This document shows positions 27,341-35,359 of a DNA stretch of 64,000 bases, piece after piece; positions within the stretch are counted from its first letter, which is position 1, and each line of letters begins with the position of its first letter. This DNA comes from Schmidtea polychroa (taxonomy: Eukaryota). A program made the translations under genes and the position numbers. The DNA lies in assembly GCA_044892525.1 (NCBI GenBank), contig CM097885.1:25112001-25176000 (forward strand), in the 5' to 3' direction. Under the pieces are notes generated by a model. The model made no database searches and was not told the DNA's origin. It saw only the letters and a list, made by a program, of their open reading frames with translations.

Positions 27341-27865
27341 TTATGATTGATTTCCTACAACTCCACCTAATAATGATAATGCCAGAGGTATCAATGTACC
27401 AATAAATCCACCTTGTTGTTTATATATAATTTTCCTCATTTGCTTACGATTTTTATTATTTACTAAAGATATCAATGGTTTCCTATGTTTGCTCAATAAA
27501 TGCTTTTTTGATTTACTGATTTTAATTTTGCCTTTGACTACTTTAAGTATAATATTGAGTAAATCATCGACAACAAAATTTGGGAATGATTGCAATATAT
27601 TCATTCTTTTCATAATCGGGGCCTTTAACAATGCATTAAAAAATGGAAAACTGCGATGATTCTTAACTACTTTTTTACTGGTTTTACGGGTTTTACGTTT
27701 AGGTTTAGGATTTTTCGAAATAAGATTCATTGCAGAGAAATTTTCAGTTACAAGTTTCTTAGATGGTGTATAACTAGTTGTTGGTGGTACTTTTGGAACT
27801 TTAATACTCTTTCTAATACTTTTTCTTAATTTCCTAATATTTTTCACCCTTGCTTTTAGAAACAT
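27341..27865 (-). CDS. Basic Polinton virion-type protein with an adenovirus pX-like GG|F + hydrophobic tail
   Basis: Very K/R-rich; C-terminus KQQGGFIGTLIPLALSLLGG; lies between the ATPase and integrase. Confidence 0.7.
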   Translation of the reverse strand: MFLKARVKNIRKLRKSIRKSIKVPKVPPTTSYTPSKKLVTENFSAMNLISKNPKPKRKTRKTSKKVVKNHRSFPFFNALLKAPIMKRMNILQSFPNFVVDDLLNIILKVVKGKIKISKSKKHLLSKHRKPLISLVNNKNRKQMRKIIYKQQGGFIGTLIPLALSLLGGVVGNQS

Positions 27866-27883
27866 TATTATTCATAGAGGTTT

Positions 27884-28510
27884 TCAACTTTGTTTATAAA
27901 CCATGGCACCTTTTGGGTTGAAAATATCTGTTTTTACTCGTAAATCATCGGGACATTGTTGCGTGAAATCAAGAAATATATATCCATGAGGTATTTTTGT
28001 TGCATCTTGAAATGCACTGATAAGAAAATTACGATTGTTAGGGTATGCTTGGCGTGCAAGAAAATCAATCACTGTTGCATCTCTAGGATTCTTGAAAATG
28101 ACTAAATATTGTACATTTAAATTACGTGTTCGATGTGCCCCACCTTGATGAAATAGATTTTGAGTTATGAAAATAACTGTTACACCGACATGTCTGCTAA
28201 TCTTTGTAAATAAATTATTAAAATCTTTTTCTTTATTAGCTTCTTGATACAAATCATCGATAATAATGACATCACCTTTCTTTAATCGGCTGGACCAGTT
28301 TTTATCGAATCCCTTTACTATTTTCATGTTTTTTAATTTACAGAAACTTGATTGAGTTAATCCATGTTCTTCATCAGCACCCCTATGCCAATAAATCCTG
28401 TTGAATTTTGATTTGAATAAATCTGATTTTAATAATTTACAAACAAATAATGTTTTTCCACTACCACTCGGACCAACGATTTGGTATACTGCATCATTTC
28501 TTAATTCCAT
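27884..28510 (-). CDS. A32/FtsK-type DNA packaging ATPase
   Basis: Walker A IVGPSGSGKT, Walker B IIIDDL, family motifs LFTKISRH, IFITQNLF and YLVIFKNPRD; likely start MELRN at 28510. Confidence 0.93.
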   Translation of the reverse strand: MELRNDAVYQIVGPSGSGKTLFVCKLLKSDLFKSKFNRIYWHRGADEEHGLTQSSFCKLKNMKIVKGFDKNWSSRLKKGDVIIIDDLYQEANKEKDFNNLFTKISRHVGVTVIFITQNLFHQGGAHRTRNLNVQYLVIFKNPRDATVIDFLARQAYPNNRNFLISAFQDATKIPHGYIFLDFTQQCPDDLRVKTDIFNPKGAMVYKQS

Positions 28511-28613
28511 TTCAAAAAGTTTATAAATATATATGTATTTGTTTATATTCGATGATTTAATGAACTCGTGCTCAATTTGTATATAAAGACTAATTTTCAT
28601 AAATGATTTAATA

Positions 28614-29021
28614 ATGTTAGCAAATATAAATTATCGAGGAAATTTTAATGTATCGAATATGAGGTTCCCACCAGGGAAACCCCAGCAAATTATCGATAGA
28701 AGCGGGAAATATCCGATAATATTTTTCAAGACTGGTAAATGCAGAATTATGGGATGTAAGAAACCTTTGGATATTAATAAATTACAATATCGAATAAATA
28801 ATATTATAATCCAATCAATTACCGTTACTATGGATATGGGACATAGTATCAATCTATATAACATGTCGAAAAAATGTGATTGTATGTTTGAACTGGAATT
28901 ATTTCCAGCACTAAGACTATTAAAATATAACCCTATATGTGTCAACGTGTTTGCTAGTGGAAAGGTTGTCATGTTGGGGTTGAGAAATTTGGAGTATAGA
29001 GAATTTGTTGACAATGTTTGA
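28614..29021 (+). CDS. Divergent TATA-binding-protein-like protein; possible premature TGA, frame continues to 29051
   Basis: Two TBP-like repeats: IIFFKTGKCRIMGCK, and IQSITVTMDMGHSINL...FELELFPAL...VNVFASGKVVMLG (compare TBP YEPELFPGL...LIFVSGKVVLTG). Confidence 0.85.
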   Translation: MLANINYRGNFNVSNMRFPPGKPQQIIDRSGKYPIIFFKTGKCRIMGCKKPLDINKLQYRINNIIIQSITVTMDMGHSINLYNMSKKCDCMFELELFPALRLLKYNPICVNVFASGKVVMLGLRNLEYREFVDNV

Positions 29022-29110
29022 AATGAGATAATTTCATTGGTCGATTTCTAATTGGTTATTGATTGATTTAAACAAACGGTTTTTTGTTTAGGATTCATTT
29101 ATTCAACAAC

Positions 29111-29518
29111 ATGTACAAAATACCAAGCGCAGCAAATTTAATGAAAGATATTGACGACTACGGTAAATTTAAAATTTTTATTTTGACATTTTTTATATTT
29201 ATTATTTTAGAAAAATATATAGAAGTAATGCTCAATAGGATAAAATATTATTATCCTCAAATTGCAAAAATAACCAAAGACAGAGAACCTGAAATCATAC
29301 CGGATTTGATTTTCTATGCGACTCAAATTCGAATAATGGAGGTATTCCATCAATTTTTATGGGATATCAAGATTAATAGAACCATGAAAGAAATGGAGCC
29401 GGAGTATCAATGTATGTTCGGATGTTCATGCTGTGCCGATCGATATCGGCGATATGTCGAATGGGAGTTAGTGAAAACTCTGAGAAGGTTTCACTACTCC
29501 CGGATTGTATCAAAGTAA
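29111..29518 (+). CDS. Unknown Polinton cargo protein with a Cys cluster; predicted intron 29163-29210
   Basis: ATG at 29111; 48-bp GT-AG T-rich intron; CMFGCSCC motif; AATAAA after the stop. Confidence 0.6.
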   Translation: MYKIPSAANLMKDIDDYGKFKIFILTFFIFIILEKYIEVMLNRIKYYYPQIAKITKDREPEIIPDLIFYATQIRIMEVFHQFLWDIKINRTMKEMEPEYQCMFGCSCCADRYRRYVEWELVKTLRRFHYSRIVSK

Positions 29519-29552
29519 ATGTTTTGTATATAATAAACGTTTTGTATTATTT

Positions 29553-29585
<33 letters not shown>

Positions 29586-29860
29586 GTTGACTTTTAATAT
29601 AAAGTAAAACATTAATAGAAAGTTAATAATAATGATGATAATAATAATACTAATTAAAATAAGTTAAAACATCAATAATAATAGGAACATATATAATTTA
29701 AACATTAATAATAGGAACACATATATTTAATTTAATCATTAATAATAGGAACATATATATTTAATTTAAACATTAATAAAACATATATAATGCATGTTGG
29801 ATGCATGTTGGATGCAAATTTAACAAAGACGTATATTTTAAACAAAGCACACTGTAATTT

Positions 29861-29912
29861 GATTGGATGATTGGAAGTATAAAAACCCTGTAACATTTCA
29901 ATTTAATCATTA
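29861..29912 (+). promoter_or_regulatory. Pol II core promoter-like arrangement upstream of ORF 29919
   Basis: Two inverted CCAAT boxes (GATTGG), TATAAAA at 29878-29884 and an Inr-like TCATT about 30 nt downstream. Confidence 0.5.
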
Positions 29913-29918
29913 TTCACT

Positions 29919-30329
29919 ATGACCAAGAAAATTTCATGCACCGAAAAACCTAAAGAAATGGTACAACCAGTTCAAATGTTCCAAAATTACAAAATGTATT
30001 TTTTGAAAGAAGAAATCAATATGAAATTGGTTGCACCAGTCAAGCTAATTCCAACTAAATTTCAATTCTTATCCGGCACGCTTTCAATGATTGATGTCAA
30101 AACTATTGATGATGTTTTTAAACGGTTAGATTCGAATCTATCATGTAATCAACATGCATGGTTCAACAATAGATATGCAAGATTTTATGATGCTTTTGAT
30201 GAAATCAGTTTCAAAGAAAATGAAAATTGGTATATAACAATTGCAATCCAGGGATATAAAGTTGATAATAATGATGTATATTCTCCTATTTGGAAAATTA
30301 TGTCTGCTAGACTTTCACAAATATTTTAA
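29919..30329 (+). CDS. Unknown 136-aa cargo protein, possibly an OB-fold ssDNA-binding protein
   Basis: Intact ORF with upstream TATA and downstream AATAAA; C-terminal ITIAIQGYKV...PIWKI is reminiscent of viral SSBs (weak). Confidence 0.6.
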   Translation: MTKKISCTEKPKEMVQPVQMFQNYKMYFLKEEINMKLVAPVKLIPTKFQFLSGTLSMIDVKTIDDVFKRLDSNLSCNQHAWFNNRYARFYDAFDEISFKENENWYITIAIQGYKVDNNDVYSPIWKIMSARLSQIF

Positions 30330-30455
30330 TGTTATATTTAATAAATGTATTAGTCATATTTGTTTTTCTCTTTATTAATTGCAACATAAATGCAAATGAC
30401 ATGCAAATTTAACAAAGAAAATCTATAAACAAACTTAAAATATAGCTTTAAAGTG

Positions 30456-30832
30456 ATGAAAATGACTGCAGAAAAAGGTTAACATGATTAATTAATTACT
30501 GAATTATTTATTATTATTATTATTTAGAATTATTAATCAACTTTTTGTTGGAAAAATTAGCAGAAATAGCTGGTGTAAAAATTGAGGACATATTATCTGT
30601 TACAAATGCATTAAATATCGACTGGGTAGTTGAGAGTCAAGATTCAGGATTTGATGATCAGGAAGAAACTCAAGAAACCGATACTGAAGAAATTGATGAG
30701 GAAATCTTTGAACCTATAGATGAACCTATAGAGGAACCTAAAGATAATATTACGAATGATTGTATTGATCATGTCGTTGAAAATATAATGAAATGTGGAG
30801 ATGACGACTGCGAATGTGTTAATAAATTTTAG
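30456..30832 (+). CDS. Small highly acidic cargo protein; predicted intron 30478-30527
   Basis: Splicing gives MKMTAEKE|LLINFLLEKLAEI...DSGFDDQEETQETDTEEIDEE...; the intron supplies a start codon for an ORF that otherwise begins at TTG. Confidence 0.6.
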
Positions 30833-30946
30833 TTAATTATTGTTTGTAAATTTATTTAAAATAACTATATTAATTTTTATTTAAAAATCAAAATAACTAG
30901 ATTAAATTTTTATTTAAAAATCTATTTAAAAAACAAAATAACTACA

Positions 30947-31467
30947 TTAATTTTTATTTAAAAATCGAGATATAACATACAAAATAGCAACACCTGTTGC
31001 AAGTTTTACATAGTTTTTAAACTTCATTTTGTGGTCGTCGATTTCTTTTGCATTTCGGGCCAATTGGTTCAATACACCCCATCCGCCATTGGCTTCTATC
31101 CATGGTGTAAACTTTGACTTGATTATCTAGGAAATAAATATTAATAAAATATAGAGTATAAAAGTATTACTTCTTGAGACCACTGATAATAATGTTCAGA
31201 GTCCCATAAACCTTTTTCGATTATAATCTTCATATAAGCGAACCCTACTAGTATTCGGGTCCACTTCATCTCATCGTCGCATAGGCAGTTAAAAATCCTA
31301 TGAAAATTGATTTTTCTCGTTTCGAGGCAATCGGAATTGAGCACATCCTCATAATCAATATGATTTCCTTCTATAATCTTTTCGGTCCGATCGACCAGGA
31401 AACTGAGGCTTTCCATAATCTTCTTGTTGATAAGTTCGCTTAAAAGATTTTCCATAAAATGAGACAT
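30947..31467 (-). CDS. Bcl-2-family protein, 158 aa; exons 31467-31171 and 31126-30947
   Basis: BH1-like DDEMKWTRILVGFAY; a 44-bp phase-0 GT-AG intron joins in frame to BH2 FTPWIEANGGW; C-terminal hydrophobic tail LATGVAILYVISRFL. Confidence 0.85.
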
Positions 31468-31572
31468 TTCTACAATATTTTAAAATATGATGTTTTATTT
31501 ATACTAATACCGTATGATTTTGATTGGTTGATAGACTATAAATGTAAAAGAAAGGTTTTGATTTGATACACC

Positions 31573-32075
31573 ATGAAAAATATATATTCATATTGCTAAT
31601 TATTATAACGAGTGTGTGCTCACACAATACAACAATAACAGTGGAGTCTTTTAATAAATCAATATGTGTTTGTCCGAATACAGTCAAGTTGATGGATATT
31701 TTATATATTCTCGACAAACCAAAGTGGTCAAAGCATCCAGGAAAAAGAATATCTCAAAGATTGGAGAATTTAGAAAACAGTTATGAACTATCATTTGCAT
31801 ATATACAAAATATAAAAATTAAATTGATCGATCATATTGAAGTTTTCAATAACTCTATTGTTGAAAATAAAAAGAATATGAAAATTATTGATAAGAAGCA
31901 TGATTATTTGTTAAAAAAGATCGAATTATTAGTAAGAGATATTCAAACAATCAAAGGATCAATAGAATATCTGAAAATCAATTCAACGTTACCAATTTCA
32001 AACAATATTGCTGCGAATACTAGTACATCAATATTTAGTTTACCTTTGCTAATTTTACATTATTTTATTGTTTAA
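31573..32075 (+). CDS. Secreted or surface coiled-coil glycoprotein with hydrophobic C-terminus; apparent 1-nt frameshift right after the ATG
   Basis: ATGAAAAATATATATTC is one base off the frame encoding KYIFILLIIITSVCS (signal-like); five N-x-S/T sites; heptad-like region; tail STSIFSLPLLILHYFIV. Confidence 0.55.
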
Positions 32076-32197
32076 ATAAATGTATGTTTTGTTGATTTGT
32101 TTAATAATACCCTTGTGACTTGTTGAGTGTGAGCAGTACCCTTGTGAGCATTACCCATAGGGGGACAAAATATTTTGTCGGATAAACTCGGAGTATA

Positions 32198-32291
<94 letters not shown>

Positions 32292-32480
32292 TAATAATAA
32301 TAATAATAATAGTGAGATGTTGAGTGTAACCAATACCATTGAACTCTTTGAAGGTTATTGAACCTCCATAGACCTTCGATGGTCTCAAATACTCACCATT
32401 CAAATACCTTTTGAATGAGCTATTAAATAATAAAAACCATTGGCGGGAACTCTGAGAATTTAAATTTAAAAAAATTTAGC

Positions 32481-32713
32481 ATGACTCATCGGATGAGTCA
32501 TATGACCTTGAATGAGGCACCGGATGAGTCATATGACCTTGAATGACCCATCGGATGAGTCATATGACCTTGAATGAGGCATCGGATGAGTCATATGCCC
32601 TTGAATGGGTCATCGAATGAGTCATATGACCTTGAATGAGTCATCGGATGAGTCATGGTCTTTGTTTCAATGACATTGGTGAGTCATATGTCTTTGTTTA
32701 AAATTTGACCTTG
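32481..32713 (+). repeat. 31-bp tandem array containing TGAGTCA and TGACCTTGA motifs
   Basis: About 5 units of CATCGGATGAGTCATATGACCTTGAATGAGG plus degenerate flanking units. Confidence 0.9.
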
Positions 32714-32794
32714 AAAAAAATTTTTAAATGGCGGGGGGTATGTCTTTGTCCCAGAGGGCCACTGGTTTAGTGGGCCGCTATCCCTCTACTTACA

Positions 32795-34828
32795 TGGTAG
32801 ATGGTAGCTAGTTGGTTGTAGGTACTTAGTAGTTGGTTGATAATGCTTAGTACCTGGTTGTTGTTGGTTGTAAGTAGTTGGTATCTGGTAGTTAGTTGTT
32901 AGCTGGTTGTTGGTTGTTAGTACTTGGTAGTTGGTTGGTTGTTAGCTGGTTGTAGCTAGTTAATGGGTAGGTGGTTGTAGGTACTTGGTAACTGTTTGTT
33001 AGTATCTAGTTGTAGGTACCTGGTTGATGTTGGTTGTATGTACTTGTTAGGTGGTTTAAGGTACTTAGTAGTTGGTAACTGGTTGTTGGTATCTAGTTGT
33101 AGGTATCTGGTTGTTAGTAACTAGTTGTAAGTACTTGGTAGTTGGTAGCTGGTTGTAAGTATCTGGTTGTTTGAGAGTTAGTATGTGGTATCTAATTGTA
33201 AGTACTTGGTAGCAGGTAATTGGTTGTAAGTATCTCGTTGTTTGAGAGTTAGTTAGTACGTGGTATCTAGTTGTAAGTACTAGGTATCTGGTAACTGGTT
33301 GTTAGTATCTAGTTGTAGGTATCTGGTTGATGTTGGTACTTGGTAGCAGGTAACTGGTTGTTAGTATCTAGTTGTAGGTACTTGGTAGCAGGTAATTGGT
33401 TGTTAGTAACTAGTTGTAAGTATTTGGTATCAGGTAACTGGTTGTAAGTACTTGGTAACAGATAACATGTTGTTAGTAACTAGTTGTAAGTACTTGGTAT
33501 CAGGTAACTGGTTGTTAGTAACTAGTTGTAGGTATCTGGTTGTTAATACATGTTCGTAAGTTACTGGTTGTTGGTACTAAGTTGTTGGTTTGTTGTTGAA
33601 TTATTATTAAAATTTGTCTTTGAAATATATTTCATAAAAATTTTCATTAAAAATTACCATTGAAAAATATTTCATTAAAATTTCTATTAAAAATTACTTA
33701 AAAAATTATTTCATAAAAATTTTCATTTAAAAATTTCAATTCTCAAACACCTTCTATTATTTCAACTTTTTGTTAATAAATTTAAAAATCTTACTTTAAT
33801 TTACTTATTACATTACTTTAATTTACTTATTTAAAAATTAATACTTTAATTTACTTATTTAACTTTAATTTAAAATTTTTTTACCATTGATTACTTAATT
33901 TTAAAATTTGGACCTTAATTAACTTTAATTTAATTTTTTAGAACCTTAATTTAGTTATTTGAGCCCATTCATTACTTTAATTAAAAATTTGGACCATTAT
34001 TTACTTTAATTTAATTTTTAGACCCATAATTTACTTTAATTTAATTTTTTTAGAACCATAATTTACTGTAATTTAATTTTTAGAACCAAAATTTACTGTA
34101 ATTTAATTTTTTAGAACCATTATTTACTTTAATTGAAAATTTTGGACCATTATTTACTGTAATTTAATTTTTAGAACCATAATTTACTGTAATTTAATTT
34201 TTTAGAACCATTATTTACTTTAATTGAAAAATTTACCACGCTTTTTTAGTGTAGACCAGATTTTTCTATTGAAATTCTCAGGACCAAGGAGACCCACCTT
34301 AATTTCATTCGAAAAATCCATGCTTTTTTATTGATAGTCGGATTTTTGTATTGAAAATATCCTGAGACCTTAAATTACCACTGTTTTTTAGTGTAGACCA
34401 CCTTTTTGTATTGAAAATATCCTGAGACCTTAAATTACCACTCTTTTTTATTGAAGACCGCCTTTTTGTATTGAAAATATCCTGAGACCTTAAATTACCA
34501 TGCTTTTTTATTGATAGTCGGATTTTTGTATTGAAAATCCCAGGACCATCGAGACCCCCTCGCTATAGTCTGAATAATCCTTGGCTTTTTTATTGAAGAC
34601 CGCCTTTTTGTATTGAAAAAAAAAATTTTGTATTGAAAATCCCAGGACCATCGAGACCCCCTCACTATAGTCTGATAAAAAAATTTTGGACCAAAAATCC
34701 CTGAAAGCAAAAAATTTGAGTTGCCGCAATTGCGTAATCAAAAGTTGCCGCAAAAAAAAAGTTGCCGCAGAGCCCCCCCCCACCCCCGGGGGGGGGTAAT
34801 TGCGGCAGTGGGCTCCTAACTACCTACT
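32795..34828 (-). repeat. Right TIR of outer Polinton
   Basis: Reverse complement of the tiered repeats at 10155-~12400. Confidence 0.85.
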
Positions 34829-34831
34829 GTT

Positions 34832-35359
34832 ATGCTGGATCAATCGTTGATATCTATATCAGAAAGGTTTCAGCAAATGAAAGATTTCGAAGATTCGTGG
34901 GGTTTTTTGTTCAATATTCACAATAATAAAAATCGTTGTGATTTGCTGAAGAGTTGCAAAGATTTACATCTGAAATTAACAAATGAGGCCAGTAGTGATA
35001 TAAATGGAATAGAATTGTGCGAGGAAATCGAATCATTGAAGCAATTGGTACCAGATGATGTTAAAGATCCTTTAATATGTTTACAATTTATCAATGATAA
35101 TAATTTGAAAAGTACAGTACCAAATCTGTGGGTGGCTTTACGAATCCTCGTAACAATTCCTGTTAGTGTTGCGAGTGGTGATAGAAGTTTTAGTAAATTA
35201 AAACTAATAAAAACGTATTTGCGATCTACTATGACGGAAGATAGGTTGAATAATTTGGCCATTATTTCAATTGAAAATAATGTTGTAGCAAACCTAAATT
35301 TGGAGGCAGCAATAGAAATATTTGCAGACATGAAAGCCAGGAAAAAATCATTCTTATAA
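34832..35359 (+). pseudogene. hAT transposase 3' part with dimerisation domain
   Basis: PNLWVALRILVTIPVSVASGDRSFSKLKLIKTYLRSTMTEDRLNNLAIISIE; the catalytic E of ERSFS appears here as D. Confidence 0.92.

Larger units (their letters stand above)
10155..34828. mobile_element. Polinton/Maverick-type element, defective (no pPolB, major capsid or protease seen), with cargo genes
   Basis: Ends AGTAGGTAGTTAG / CTAACTACCTACT; 6-bp TSD GTTATG (10149-10154, 34829-34834); ~2 kb TIRs; integrase, A32-type ATPase and minor capsid motif. Confidence 0.92.

Noticed and set aside
32101..32403. Poly-Ile/poly-Leu ORFs (and poly-Asn ORF 61488-61670)
   Set aside because: Read-through of (AAT)n microsatellites.
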